Shown: positions 25,171 through 40,351 of the stretch, one piece after another
Layout: the number at the start of each line of letters is the position of its first letter
Position numbering within the stretch: the stretch's first letter is position 1
Source: Eledone cirrhosa
Taxonomy: Eukaryota
Length of the DNA stretch: 64,000 nucleotides
Direction: 5' to 3'
NCBI GenBank assembly: GCA_964016885.1
Contig: OZ024764.1
Location: forward strand, 7,068,001 to 7,132,000
The notes under the pieces: model-generated
What the model was told of the DNA's origin: nothing
Databases searched by the model: none
The model's input: the letters and a program-made list of their open reading frames with translations, nothing else
Translations under genes and position numbers: made by a program

Positions 25171-26096
25171 CTCACCGACATCCAGAGTTGACACAGCACT
25201 CAGTGTTCCTGTGGGAGCCCCTACCTGACACACTGGAAGAGGAAGACTGAGGTTAGCTGGACATGCTCACCGACATCCAGAGTTGACACTGCACTCAGTG
25301 TTCCTGTGGGAGCCCCTACCTGACACACTGGAAGAGGAAGACTGAGGTTAGCTGGACATGCTCACCGACATCCAGAGTTGACACAGCACTCAGTGTTCCT
25401 GTGGGAGCCCCTACCTGACACACTGGAAGAGGAAGACAGAGGTTAGCTGGACATGCTCACCGACATCCAGAGTTGACACAGCACTCAGTGTTCCTGTGGG
25501 AGCCCCTACCTGACACACTGGAAGAGGAAGACTGAGGTTAGCTGGACATGCTCACCGACATCCAGAGTTGACACTGCACTCAGTGCTCCTGTGGGAGCCC
25601 CTACCTGACACACTGGAAGAGGGAGACAGGTTAGCTGGACATGCTCACCGATATCCAGAGTTGACACTGCACTCAGTGCTCCTGTGGGAGCCCCTACCTG
25701 ACACACTGGAAGAGGGAGACAGGTTAGCTGGACATGCTCACCGACATCCAGAGTTGACACTGCACTCAGTGTTCCTGTGGGAGCCCCTACCTGACACACT
25801 GGAAGAGGAAGACTGAGGTTAGCTGGACATGCTCACCGACATCCAGAGTTGACACAGCACTCAGTGTTCCTGTGGGAGCCCCTACCTGACACACTGGAAG
25901 AGGAAGACTGAGGTTAGCTGGACATGCTCACCGACATCCAGAGTTGACACAGCACTCAGTGCTCCTGTGGGAGCCCCTACCTGACACACTGGAAGAGGAA
26001 GACCGTGGGTGACATATGTTGATGCCCTAAGGACAGACACTGGTCTGTTGGAGACGCAGGACATGGCATGGATCTCGGGAATTTTACCTGTCCTAG
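25171..26096 (+). repeat. 95-bp tandem repeat, about 9 copies, derived from a LINE ORF2 C-terminus
   Basis: The unit encodes [22 protein letters not shown] and exits into [12 protein letters not shown]. An unamplified relative is at 48170-48380 on the minus strand. Confidence 0.85.
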
Positions 26097-28125
<2,029 letters not shown>

Positions 28126-28224
28126 AGTTAAGCAAGTCAGGACTGCAAGCTCACCTAGAAGACATTAGTCAAGCAGTATCAACATTAACTGCTGTTTAAT
28201 ATTAAAAAAGGGGGGTAATAATGT

Positions 28225-28340
28225 CACTTTACAATTGTTTCATTACTCCATATAATGTTTCTGGTAATATCGTTTTTGATTTAGTGCAGAGAAAGATAAT
28301 TAACATAGAATAATATAATGGAGCAGCTCCTCAGAACTTG
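28225..28340 (-). ncRNA. Hammerhead motif with long stem II insert
   Basis: Minus strand reads gtt-CTGAGGA-gc tgctccat...atggagta at-GAAA-caattg-TA-aag. Stem I is weak. Confidence 0.5.
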
Positions 28341-28361
28341 AAGTTAGATAATGAAAATATT

Positions 28362-28750
28362 TGTTTCTACTTTAGGCACAAGGCCAGCAATTACCCAGTT
28401 CATTACTGGTACTTTATTTTATCGACCCCGTAAGGATGAAAGGCAAAGTCAACCTCAGCGGGATTTGAACTCAGATCGTAAAGGGCCGTAACTCTATGCT
28501 GAAAAGCATGACGTCCGACCCTCTACCGATACTGCCAATCCACTGCAATAATAATAATAATAATTGTTTCTACTTTAGGCACAAGGCCAGCAATTACCCA
28601 GTTCATTACTGGTACTTTATTTTATCGACCCCGTAAGGATGAAAGGCAAAGTCAACCTCGGCGGGATTTGAACTCAGACCGTAAAGGGACGTAACTATGC
28701 TGGAAAGCATGGCGTCCGACCCTCTACCGATACTGCCAATCCACCGCCTA
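28362..28750 (-). mobile_element. Head-to-tail dimer of SINE family B within one TSD
   Basis: Two copies (28362-28547 and 28563-28748). TSD ttagataatgaaaatatt at 28344-28361 and 28751-28768. Confidence 0.85.
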
Positions 28751-29029
28751 TTAGATAATGAAAATATTAATATGTATAAAGTAGAAATAAAAATAAAATA
28801 AAATAAGAGGGTTACGTGTCCGTAAATAATTGTCAGATTAGCAGGTCCCTAGATGTGGTCCCTTGGCACTGGAAAATTCAAGTGTATGGTATAAAGAAAC
28901 GTTACGTATCTGTCGAGGCTGAATGTAAACAATGCCGCCTAACGCACAACAAAATGGCTTCTTCATAATATATATATATATAGTGTATATATATATATAT
29001 ATAAATCTATATACACTATATACACTATA

Positions 29030-29370
29030 TGGAGGCACATGGCTTAGTGGTTAGAGCATTGGCCTTGCAATCAAAAGGTTGTGAGTTCAATTCTCAGACC
29101 GGGTGATGTGTTGTTTCCTTGAGCAAGACACTTTATTTCACATTGCTCCAGTTTACTCAGCCGTAGAAATGAGATGATAGGGACTGAGGTCCATATCATT
29201 CCACTGTAAAGTGGACGTGTAGGTGCCACGGCAAAAAAAGCACCCAGCACTCACTGTAAATGAGGTTGGTGTTAGGAAGGGCATCCAGCTGTAGAAATCA
29301 AGCCAGAATCAGTTCCCGTCCCACCCTTGCAAGGAGGGAAAAAGCGGACGTAAAAATGAAATGATGATGA
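29030..29370 (+). mobile_element. Full-length SINE family A
   Basis: Same structure as 14177-14525. Confidence 0.85.
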
Positions 29371-29430
29371 TATATATATATACAGTATATATATATACAC
29401 AGTATATATATATATATATATATATATACA

Positions 29431-29464
<34 letters not shown>

Positions 29465-29466
<2 letters not shown>

Positions 29467-29815
29467 TCATCATCATTTTACGTCTGCTCTTCCCTGCTTG
29501 CAAGGGTGGGATGGTTCCTATTCAGCACACCATATCTCCACTTGTCACGGTCCTTCATCATCTCCTCCGTGAACTTCAGCCATCTGAGGTCTGTTCTCAC
29601 CACCTCCGCCCATATTTTTTGTGGTCTACCTCTACCACGTCTTCCTTCAACTGGCATTTCCTGGCACTTCTTCACCCATCGGTCATCCGCCATGCGCATC
29701 ACATGTCCATACCACCGCAGTCTCCTCTCCCGCACACTACAATTTATCCCTCTCAGACACAGTTTCTCTCTTAACACATCCATGCTCGGCCGTTCACGCA
29801 CATTGACATTGCACA
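29465..29815 (-). mobile_element. RTE LINE 3' fragment (second subfamily)
   Basis: [13 protein letters not shown]...GRRGRGRPQKIW. Confidence 0.8.
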
Positions 29816-29971
29816 TATATATATACAGCATCATCATCATCATTATCTTCGTTTAACGTCCATCTTCCTCGCTAGCATGGGTTAGACGGGAGTTGTCCCA
29901 CTGGAGGCAAGGCTGGTCGGGTGACCGTGTCTCACTCATATAGGACTATCTGGCAGGTTTTCTAGGGCTGG

Positions 29972-31640
29972 ATCATCATCATCACCGTTTTACGTCCGTT
30001 CTTCCACGCTAGCATGGGTTAGACGGGTTGTCCTGTTGTGGGCAGTGTCTGGTCGGCTGACCATGCCTTGCTCATACAGGAACTTGGTCCAGTGACATTG
30101 TCTTAGAGAGGTGTAAGTGTGTAAGGTCGGAATTTATCAAATCATCCCAGGTTTTTCTGGGTCTACCTACTCCGTAACTACCATCAATTTTGATCGCCCT
30201 GCACTTTTTTATACAGCTGTCGTCTTTCATGCGCATCACGTGATCATACCAACGTAGTCTTCTCTCAAGTAAACAGCATCTGATCCCTCTTATTCCTAAT
30301 TTCTCACTTAGTTCATTTATGCTTTGCCGTTCACGTATATTACTATTACACATCCAACGGAGCATGCATGCTTCGTTCCTTTCCAGTCTACGCAGGTCCT
30401 CTGCACGTAATGCCCATGTCTCACTGCCATGTAGCATTGCTGTTCGTATACAAACATCATACAATCTGCCTTTCATTTTTAGAGAGAAACCTTTTGTGAC
30501 CAAAAGTGGTATAAGCTCTCTGAACTTTTTCCATCCCGTTCTGACTCTGGCTACTGTACTTTCAAAACACCCTCCACCACTGCTGATTTTGTCACCCAGG
30601 TAACGGAAAGTATCCACTATTTCTATAGAACCATCTGGGCAATAGAAGGGGCTAGTATCCTGTGGGCACTTGCTACTTATTGCACCTGAGCATCGGCCAC
30701 ATATAAAATCTACGTTCTTAGATAATTTACCTGTGATCCCACTACATCTTTTATGTACCCATAGTTTGCATTTGGGACATAAAATGGAATTTCTGCCTAC
30801 TCCATTCCTACACACTGAGCATGGCCATTTCCCTGAGGGCACCTGTGCCCTATTTTCCTTTCTACAAACTAGAACTTTAGTCTTAGACAAGTTAACTTTA
30901 AGGCCTTTTGATTCTAGGCCATTCTTCCATGTTTGGAATTTCTTCTCTAGTTCAGCCATAGGTTCAGCTATGATAGTTAGATCATCTGCATATAGGAGTT
31001 CCTATGGGCAGCCGGTCTTGAACTCCTCTGTTATAGCCTGAAGGGAAATAATAAATAGGAGGGGGCTAAGGACAGAGCCTTGATGAACACCAACTTTTAC
31101 ACTAAATTCTTCACAATATTCACTGTTAATTCTAACCTTGCTGATTGTTTCTTTATACATAGCTTGTATAGCTCTCACAAGCCATTCATCTACAACTAGT
31201 TTTCTAAAGCCCACCAGATAATGGAGTGGGGGACTCTGTCAAAGGCTTTCTCCAGGTCTACAAAAGCTAAGTAGAGGGGTTTACTTTTAGCCTGGTACTT
31301 CACTTGTAGTACAAGGAAAAGCGTGTCTGTGGTACTTATACCTGACACAAACCCAAACTGCATTTCATCTAGATCAATTCGCTCTCTGATTAGTTGCGCT
31401 ATAACTCTTTCTGTGACCTTCATGACCTGATCAACTAACTTAATGCCTCTATAGTTTCCCCTATCTAGAACATCCCCTTTACCCTTGTAGCAGTTAATGA
31501 TGGTGCTGCTACGCCAGTCTTTTGGTATGACCCCATTCTGTATTACTTGGTTAACTATACGGATGACCATAGTGTGTTCCACCATTCCAGATGCACCGCT
31601 GGTCCTTCTATTGGATCGATTTGGGGCAGACTATCTTTTT
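29972..31640 (-). pseudogene. Decayed RTE-clade LINE ORF2 (RT, PHD-like Cys region, C-terminus)
   Basis: NYRGIKL, FVDLEKAFDRV, GVHQGSVLSPLLF, YADDL, CSVC..C..C..WVHKRC; interrupted by stops and frameshifts. Confidence 0.9.
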
Positions 31641-32009
31641 CCCATTTATTCTCCTCATTTAATTAACTAAGAATGTAGGCTTCACATGCAGCAGTTGTGC
31701 TGGGACAGCAAGCAGCAAACAACCACAGGAAACAAGTACGACCAAACTCTGGGAGGGCTCTGTAGAAACAGTAGACAGCTTCTGCTACCTAGGTGACCAA
31801 ATTAGCAGCAGAGGTGGGTGTTCAGAAAGTACAATTACTAGGGTAAGAATAGGATAGAAGAAGTTCAGGGAGCTACTGCCACTGCTGGCTGCAAAAGGCT
31901 TCTCCCTCAAAATGAAAGGCAGACTGTATGATGCGTGTATCCGAACAGCAATGTTGCATGGTAGTGAGAACTGGGTGCTGTCTGTGGAAGACACACCACA
32001 CCAATTCGG

Positions 32010-32064
32010 ACTGCCTGAAGATGTCACAGCCAATGATGGCTGTCACCAAAATATATATAGCAGT
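32010..32064 (+). ncRNA. Hammerhead motif with G12A lesion (probably dead)
   Basis: actgc-CTGAAGA-tgtc acagcca atga tggctgt cacc-AAAA-tatata-TA-gcagt. Confidence 0.55.
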
Positions 32065-32224
32065 ACATCTTTAATAAACGAAGCCAAATTTTAAATATTT
32101 GACTTAATTATTTTACATTACTCCGGAGTAACCAAACCAACCTGCGTACTTCATCGAGTGCTCCAATCTGCATACTGAGGTGTCGGTAAACAACCAACAT
32201 ATACTCAAAATATATTTATATTAT

Positions 32225-33610
32225 CATCATCATCATACATCCGCTTTTCCCTGCTTGCAAGGGTGGGATGGGTCTTATTTAGCACAGCATCTCTCCACTT
32301 GTCATGGTCCTTCGTCATCTCCACTGTGAGCTTCACTGATCTGAGGTCTGTTCTCACCACCACCGCCCATGTTTTTCATGGTCTACCTCTACCACGTCTT
32401 CCTTCAACTGGCATTTCCTGGCACTTCTTCACCTATCAATCATCCTCCATGCGCATCACATGTCCATACCACTGCAGTCTCCTCTCCTGCACACTACATT
32501 CTATCCCTCTCAACACATCCATGCTCGGTCGTTCACGCACATTGACATTGCACATCCAACGGAGCATGCTTGCCTCATTTCTCTCCAGCCGTCGCATATC
32601 CTCTGCAGTTGCTGCCCAAGTCTCACTACCATGCAGCATCGCGCTCCTCACACAGGCATCATATAACCGGCCTTTCGTACGCAGGGAGAAACCCTTCTTC
32701 GTCAGCAGAGGAAGCCACTCCCTAAACTTCTTCCAACCCGTCCTTATTCTAGATACTATGGCCTTGGAAACACCCCCTCCCCCTTCCATGCTAATCTGAT
32801 CTTCTAGGTACCGGAAGCTATCCACCAATTCTATAGCACCCATCTGCATTTGAAAAATGTGTCTATCAATGCGACTTCTACTGTCTAATTTCCCTGTACA
32901 TCTACTGCATACATATTTCTCCCTACTTGTTAGTTTGCCTGCTATCCCACTACATCTCTTGTGTACCCAGGATCTGCATTGTGTGCATTTTATAGAATTT
33001 ATGCCAGTTCCTTTTCTGCATATCGAACATGGCCATTTCCCTGACGGAATCAGGGTTTTGTCCTCTTTTCTACTCATCAACACTTTTGTCTTAGCTAGGT
33101 TCACTCTCAGTCCTCTTGCTTCCAACTGCTGTTTCCATAGCCAGAATTTATTCTCTAGCTCCTCTACTGATTCTGCTATAAGAACCAGATCGTCAGCATA
33201 GAGAAGTTCCCATGGACAGCCAGTCTTAAACTCCTCTGTTATGGCTTGGAGGACTATAATGAGCAAGAGCGGGCTGAGGACCGAACCTTGATGTACTCCT
33301 ACTTGTATCTGGAATTCCTCACTAAACTCCATTCCTACCCTGACTTTACTGACAGTACCTCTGTACAAAGTTTGCACTGTCCTCACAAGCCATTCCTCAA
33401 CACCTAGTTTCCTTAGGGACCACCAGATGACAGATCGGGGTACCCTATCAAAGGCCTTCTCTAGGTCAACAAAGGCTAAGTATAGTGGCTTATTTTTCTC
33501 TAAGAACCTCTCTTATAATTGTCTTTCCAAGAAGAGGGCATCTGTTGATCTCTTCCCAGGCACAAAACCAAACTACATCTCATCTAGTTTGACCCTTTCT
33601 CTAATTAGTT
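32225..33610 (-). pseudogene. Decayed RTE-clade LINE ORF2
   Basis: GVHQGSVLSPLL, WELLYADDLVL, HGSETW, RLQWYGHV. Confidence 0.9.
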
Positions 33611-33659
33611 ATTATATTAATTAATTTATATATATATATATAGTTTATCAGTATATAAA

Positions 33660-33866
33660 TCATCATCATCATTTCATTTTACGTCCACTTTTTCCCTGCT
33701 TGCAAGGGTGGGACGGGAACTGATTCTAGCTTGATTTCTACAGCTGGATGCCCTTCCTAACACCAACCTCATTTACAGTGAGTGCTGGGTGCTTTTTTTC
33801 CGTGGCATCTACACGTCCACTCTATAGTGTGGGCAGGGTGCTTTTTTGCCGTGGCACCTCCACCTC
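33660..33866 (-). mobile_element. SINE A / RTE 3' tail fragment
   Basis: Matches the SINE family A 3' half. Confidence 0.7.
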
Positions 33867-34292
33867 CATATTAAAATAACAGATTAAAGTTTAAGCAAAG
33901 AATCGCTGCTTTCACCCTTAACGGGATCTTCTGAAACAAAAAAAAATCAATCTGTGAATGCAGAAGTAAATATTTCGAAAAACGTTGCAACCGAAGGAAA
34001 ACAGGAAGACGATACTTTGGTTCGTGAAGACGTTCCCTGGCAATGAACGGATAATAGCGAACATAATACATCATTATGTGGAGTGATGAGAACAATTACA
34101 CGCAAAGACAAAACCAAGTTTATGGTGTAAATGGAGTCATTAGACTAATATTCCATTTAGGAAACTGAATGATTCTCAGCTCCATAGTTTAAGAATAATG
34201 TAAATAAATTAGTACAGCGAAAATGTCAAAGGTTATTAAAATCATAACAGTAATAATAGTTAAGATTTATAGAATATATAATTATATATATA

Positions 34293-35188
34293 CAAGGTGT
34301 GTCAGAAAAATTCCAGGACTGATGTCACAAAAGATTTATTTCAAACCCAAACTTCACACTAAGAGTTTTCTCCTTCAAAGTAATCCCCCTGGAGTATGTA
34401 ACTGTAATCTTAGCTCTCTGCAGCGATCAAACTTTTTTCTTCATAATTTTATATACATGTCCTCTGTTTCAGGTCGTCAAGCAATGAGCACAGAGCAACG
34501 AACAAACTTGAAAACTCTGTCAGAAGCACTGGGATTGCTGCAGCAAGTGTATGGAGATGAGCCGATGTCACGCTCATGTGTTTTTGAGTGGTGCAAGAGG
34601 TTTAAAGAAGGACGCGAGGATGTGGAAGATGACCTCAGGAGCAGAAGGCCCTCAACAACCAGGACTGAGGTCAACGTTGAGCGTGTCAGGCAGATGGTGC
34701 GTAGCGATCATCGGCTGACTGTTCGACTGATGGCAAATGAGCTGGGCATGAATCGGGACAGCGTCTGGAAGATTCTCACTGAAGATTTGGACATGCGGAA
34801 AGTCTGCACGAAGATGGTGCCAAAACTGCTGAACGATGACCAGAAGGGTCGACGCATGCAGGTGTGCCAGGACATCCTCGAGCATCTTGAAACCGAACTA
34901 GACTTGCTAGGGACAGTCACCACCGGTGATGAGTCATGGATCTTCAAGTACGACCCGGAGGGGACCCGTTTTGAAGACGTGGCTGACATCAAAAAGGCCG
35001 TGACGACAGAACTGCGGAGGATCCCGGAAGAATCCTTCCAGAAGTGCATGCAAGCGTGGCAGAAAAGGATGAAAAAGTGCATTAGACTCCAGGGGGATTA
35101 CTTTGAAGGAGAAAACTCTTGGTGTGAAGTTTGGGTTTGAAATGAATCTTTTGTGACATCAGTCCTGGAACTTTTCTGACCCACCTCG
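34293..35188 (+). mobile_element. Internally deleted mariner transposon
   Basis: About 67-bp TIRs (34293-34359 and 35122-35188) with TA flanks. ORF from ATG 34484 has HTH regions, a WVPKLL-like MVPKLL, and TGDESW, then jumps to the C-terminal QGDYFEG. Confidence 0.9.
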
Positions 35189-35401
35189 TATACATACACA
35201 CATATATATATAACATTTTTTTCGTTATAATTTGATATTTAACTTAGCCTCACCTACATTTTTAATAGAAATCAATTTCAAAACATATTGTGATATTGGG
35301 GTCATGCTGCAACCCTGTTCTCACCAATCTGTAAATGAAGGGTAGTGTATATGTCTTTATTTTATTATCGAAATTACTACAGGAGTAGGAATGTTTCAAA
35401 G

Positions 35402-35590
35402 GGCAGTGGACTGGCAGTATTAGTAGAGGGTCGGATGCCATGCTTTGTCGCATAGAGTTACGGCCCTTTCCATCCTAAGTTCAAATCCCATCGAGGTTAA
35501 CTTTGCCTTTCATCCTTACGGGGTCGATAAAATAAAGTATCAGTAATGCACTGGGTAATTGCTGTCCTTGTGCCAAAAGTAGAAACAATT
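35402..35590 (+). mobile_element. SINE family B
   Basis: Homologous to 23002-23190. Confidence 0.75.
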
Positions 35591-35699
35591 ATGAATGAAA
35601 CAGTTCTAGTCCTGTAAAATAAAGATACCGGTACTCTAGAACTGTATTGATTACCTTTTTTAACTATGGTCACTTGATATAAACTGGGAATCCACCTAG

Positions 35700-36185
35700 T
35701 GGAGACATGTGGTCCTAGTGTGGGACTTACGATCATAACGTTGTGGGTTTCACTCCCGGACTGGGTCGCATGTTGTGTTCTTGAGCAAAACATTTCCTTT
35801 CACATTGTTCCAGTATACTCAGCTGAAAATGAGTACCAGCAATAGCTGGAGAGTTTAACCCTGTGATGGACTGGTGTCCTGTCCAGGGGGAAGTCTTGTA
35901 CTCTGTGGCTTCACACCGTGAAACCAGGATAAGCACCAGCCTAACAACCCTTCTGGCTTCAGACAGACTTTAACTTAACATTATGCATATACTTTACATA
36001 ACCCTGCAATGGACTGGCGTCCTATCCAGGAGGGAGTCTTGTACCCTCAGTCGCTTCATGCCATGAAACCGGGGCAAGCACCAGCAGTAACTGGGAGTTT
36101 AACCCTGCGATGGACTGGCGTCCTGTCCAAGGGGAAGAATTGTACTCTCAGTTGCTTCACACCATGAAACCAGGATAAGCACTGC
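35700..36185 (+). mobile_element. Diverged CORE-like SINE with triplicated ccctgcgatggactggcgtcctgtcca 3' module
   Basis: tRNA-like head, cttgagcaaaacatt core, and three imperfect 3' repeats. Confidence 0.55.
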
Positions 36186-36752
36186 CTCAACGCAGACTTT
36201 AGACTAGACCTATTATATAGGTGATCACAGTTTAATTACTCAATACATACCAAAGTACAGACATCTTAATTTTACAGAACTGTTTCATTCATAAATTCAG
36301 ACAAGTTGAGAAAACAACTATATGTATAGTAAAGTAATGGCTCAAAGTATGTTGATAATCAACAGGTGCAAAAGGTGTAGAGCATCTGGAGTTAATCCAA
36401 TGGTTAGGATTCATTCACTCTATGATTATAATAATAATAATAATAATGAAATTATTGTGTACAGTGCTCAGGTGCACTACAACTCATCAAAGGTGCATGT
36501 ATAGTACATAGAATAATGTACAAATGTCAGGAAAATGAACAGTGTATGAGTCATGATATAATAACAATAACAATAATGAAATGTTGTGTACAGTGCCCAG
36601 GTGCACCACAACTCATCAAAAAAGTGTATGTACAGTACATAGGGCAATGCACAAACATCAGTAAAATGAACAGTGCACGAGTCATGATACACACATGTGT
36701 GCATGTGTATGGAAGGGGTACATCAGGTGTAGTTTTGGCGTATTTCGGGAAG

Positions 36753-38195
36753 CATCATCATCATCGTTTAACGTCCATCTTCCACGCTTGCATGGGTTTG
36801 GACGGGAGTTTTCCCACTTGAGGCAAGACTGGTTGTCTTGCTCGCATAGGACTGTCTGGCGGGTTTTCTACAGTTGGATGCCCTTCCTAACACCAACCAC
36901 ATTTACAGTGTGGACTGGGAGGTTTTTACCGTGTTACCTACACGGCCACATTACAGCGTGGACTGTGTGTTTTTTTGTCGTGACACCTACACGACCTCAT
37001 TTGTTTCGGGCTGGATGTTGTGGTACCAATATAACTTTACATTGAAAGGGGTGATGTGGATGGGGTGGGGGTAGTGGGACAGGGGTGTATTTTTGTTAGA
37101 GGTGCCTACTGACTGTAGTAGGTTTCACTTTGTACTTAGGCAAGGCGGGTCTTCTCTATTACTGAGTACCGCCAAAGATCTCGGTCCAGTGACATTGTCT
37201 TGGAGAAGTGTAAGTGTGTGAGGTCGGAATTTATCAGGTCGTCCCAGGTTTTTCTGGGTCTGCCTACTCCGTGGCTACCATCTATCTTTATTGCCCTACA
37301 CTTTGTTATACAGCTGTCGTCTTTCATGCGCATCACGTGACCATACCAACGTAGACTTCTCTCAAGTAAACAACATCTGATCCCTCTTATTTCTAATTTT
37401 TCCCTTAGTTCGTTTATGCTTTGCCGTTCACGTATATTACTATTACGCATCCAACGGAGCATGCATGCTTCGTTCCTCTCCAGTCTGCGTATATCCTCTG
37501 CACACAATGCCCAGGTCTCACTGCCATGTAACATTGCTGTTCGTATGCAGGCATTATATTTACCTAAAAGTCAATGGAAGCCATGGAGTGGGGAGACCCA
37601 GGAAAACCTGGGATGGGGGTGATAAAAGCTGACCTTACCCAATTACACCTCTCAAAGGTGATGACACAGTACCGTGACCTCTGGCATCACGCAGCAATAC
37701 AGAAGACCCAACTTCCCACAGGTACAAGCCGAAGCTGAAGCATATAAACAGTATGCCCCCACCCCCTTCCACTGTAAAGTAGTCATGTAGGAGACACAGT
37801 AAAAAGCACCCAGTCCACACTGTAAAGTGGTCATGTAGGTGTCACAACAAAAAAGTACCCAGCCCACACTGTAACATGGTCATGTAGGTGTCACAACAAA
37901 AACGCACCCAGCCCACACTGTAACATGATCATGTAGGTGTCACAACAAAAACGCACCCAGTCCACACTGTAACATGGTCATGTAGGTGTCACAACAAAAA
38001 AGTACCCAGCCCACACTGTAACATGATCATGTAGGTGTCACAACAAAAAGTACCCAGTCCACACTGTAACATGGTCATGTAGGTGTCACAACAAAAACGC
38101 ACCCAGCCCACACTGTAACATGGTCATGTAGGTGTCACAACAAAAAGTACCCAGTCCACACTGTAACATGGTCATGTAGGTGACACAGTAAAAAA
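36753..38195. mobile_element. Two RTE 3' fragments in opposite orientation (36753-37558 minus, 37560-38195 plus with 49-bp array)
   Basis: HGSETW...WYGHV on the minus strand. Plus-strand GVGRPRKTW followed by about 8 copies of the 49-bp unit. Confidence 0.8.
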
Positions 38196-38199
38196 GCAA

Positions 38200-38609
38200 C
38201 CTCTCCCCTCTCTCTTTCAATCTACTCTCTCACAACCACTATCTCTTTCTCTCTCTCTGTTTATGAAGGTACTCAGAAAACCCCATATCTCAGGAACCCG
38301 TGCTCCAATTTATGCGAAACTTGTTTTATTCCATTTGTATTCCCATTTCAGGGTCAACTTCCTTCCAAAGTATTTTCCCATTATGCGCCCTTTTGGCTGT
38401 ATTACATTACATTGTAGACAAGCAAGCAATCACAGAGTTTTAGTAGTATATAGATATTTATGTTTAATCAACAGCCACGAAATTTAGTAGATAAATTACA
38501 TAATATTCTTTCATGAATTATTCAAAGTAATCCAACTTATTTTACTGATGGGATAACAAAAATATAAAACAGACACTATCCCACACTTCTTACTTTATTA
38601 TATTATAGA
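38200..38609 (-). mobile_element. Putative non-autonomous Helitron-like element (second copy 52770-52960)
   Basis: Minus-strand start A|TCTATAATATAATAAAG. About 200 bp is shared in inverted orientation with 52770-52960. Confidence 0.4.
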
Positions 38610-39311
38610 TTTAGTATGTATATTTGGATTAGAGAGAGATAGTGTTTCCAAGTATGTGTATTGTGAGTTTGAAAGAAAACCTGGAAAGTTTCTCAACAGC
38701 AGAACTTTTTACAGATCCTTGATACCTGAAATGTGGGCCATTCTTGACATCATCATCTCTCTTTCATAAAATGGAAATGATGTTTATAATGGTATGGTCC
38801 TGTAACTCCTCTTGGAGTCCTAAATGTGCTATAGTTGCATACAGCATTTCTTGGGCATTTTAGGCCTAGCAGAGCCCATCTCATTCCAGGTTTCTTCCAG
38901 AGAAGGAGAGAAAATGAGATGGAGGAAGTGTGAAAGAGATATAAAGGAAGAATCATATGATGCTGTTTATAATTATTGCCCATGGTAACATCCATATCCT
39001 CATCTGCATCAATTGGAAATGGTTACTTCTGACAGGATCTGTTGGAAGGTATGTTTGAAGACTCTGACCCTCCCGGGAATATGTGGAAGACGACTTGGAA
39101 GATTTGGTTTGGATGAAGGGCCATTGCTGACAGTTGCATCTGACAGGACCAGCTTCAAACCATGTTGGACTCTGCTTCCCATGGCCCTCCCAGGAATAAG
39201 TGGGCAAAGAAGATAATCACTGTCATAGGTAAAACCAACAAGGTTGATCCTAACTTTAGCAGTGAATATAGTCTTACAACATGTTGTTCAATGATGTAAT
39301 GAGTTTCAGAG

Positions 39312-40277
39312 TTACCCTTCTGTATGTATATGTGCATGCTTTGTTAAGTGACCTTTTTGAGAGAATGATTTCTCACAGATATCACAGGGATATGGCTTCT
39401 CTCCTGTATGAATTTGTTGGTGAATAGTTAAGTGACTACTTCCAGTGAATGATTTACCACAGATATCACAGTGGTATGGTTTCTCTCCTGTATGAATACG
39501 TTTGTGAATAGTTAAGGTATCAATTCTAGGGAAAGATACACCACAGATATCGCAGCGATATGGTTTCTCTCCTGTATGAGTACGTTTGTGAGTAGTTATC
39601 CCATCGTTTCGAGCAAATGTTTTACCACAGATATCACAATGATATGGCTTCTCTCCTGTATGAATACGTTTGTGTCTAGTTAAGACACTGCTTTGAGAGA
39701 ATGATTTACCACAGATATCACAGCAGTATGGCTTCTCTCTTGTATGACTACGTTTGTGAGTAATTAAATGCTCATTTTGAGAGAAAGAATCACCACAGAT
39801 GTCACAAGTATATGGTTTCTCTCCTGTATGAGTGCGTTTATGTTTAGCTAAGTGTTCGTTTTGAGAAAATGATTCACCACAAATATCACAGTGATATGGC
39901 TTCTCTCCTGTATGAGTACGCTTGTGAACAGTTAAGTGACTACTTGCAGAGAATGATTTACCACAGATGTCACAGTGGAATGGCTTCTCTCCTGTATGAA
40001 TGTATTTGTGTTTAGCTAAGGTTTTATTTTGAGCGAAGGATTTACCACAGATATCACAGCGGTATGGTTTCTCTCCAGTATGAATACGTTTATGTATGGT
40101 TAAGTGACAACTTACAGAGAATGATTTACCACAGATATCACAGTGGTATGGCCTCTCTCCTGTGTGAATACGTTTGTGAGCAGTTATGTAATCTTTCCTG
40201 GAGAATAATTTACCACAGATATCACAGCGATGTGATGATTTTCCAGTCCCTTTCGGCATTTTTTCAGGGAAATACAT
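39312..40277 (-). CDS. Tandem C2H2 zinc-finger protein, 11 fingers
   Basis: 11 intact CxxC-x12-HxxxH fingers with TGEKP-type linkers and no stops. First ATG at 40277; conserved MPK ATG at 40259. Confidence 0.92.
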   Translation of the reverse strand: MYFPEKMPKGTGKSSHRCDICGKLFSRKDYITAHKRIHTGERPYHCDICGKSFSVSCHLTIHKRIHTGEKPYRCDICGKSFAQNKTLAKHKYIHTGEKPFHCDICGKSFSASSHLTVHKRTHTGEKPYHCDICGESFSQNEHLAKHKRTHTGEKPYTCDICGDSFSQNEHLITHKRSHTREKPYCCDICGKSFSQSSVLTRHKRIHTGEKPYHCDICGKTFARNDGITTHKRTHTGEKPYRCDICGVSFPRIDTLTIHKRIHTGEKPYHCDICGKSFTGSSHLTIHQQIHTGEKPYPCDICEKSFSQKGHLTKHAHIHTEG

Positions 40278-40351
40278 CAATCCACTAAGTTCCCTTTATA
40301 TTTTTCTCCTCTCACCACAATATATGGTAATTTTTCTTCTTTACAATTTAA

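Noticed and set aside
28860-28915. GAAAcgttacgTA half-hammerhead
   Set aside because: No recognisable CUGANGA or stem II upstream.
30072-33386. RTE ORFs as active retrotransposons or PHD-finger host genes
   Set aside because: 5'-truncated with stops and frameshifts; the Cys-rich region is part of the LINE ORF2.
38953-39216. Short ORFs downstream of ZNF1 as an extra coding exon
   Set aside because: A possible donor exists at the ZNF1 end, but no clear acceptor or recognisable domain; only an imperfect internal duplication is visible.
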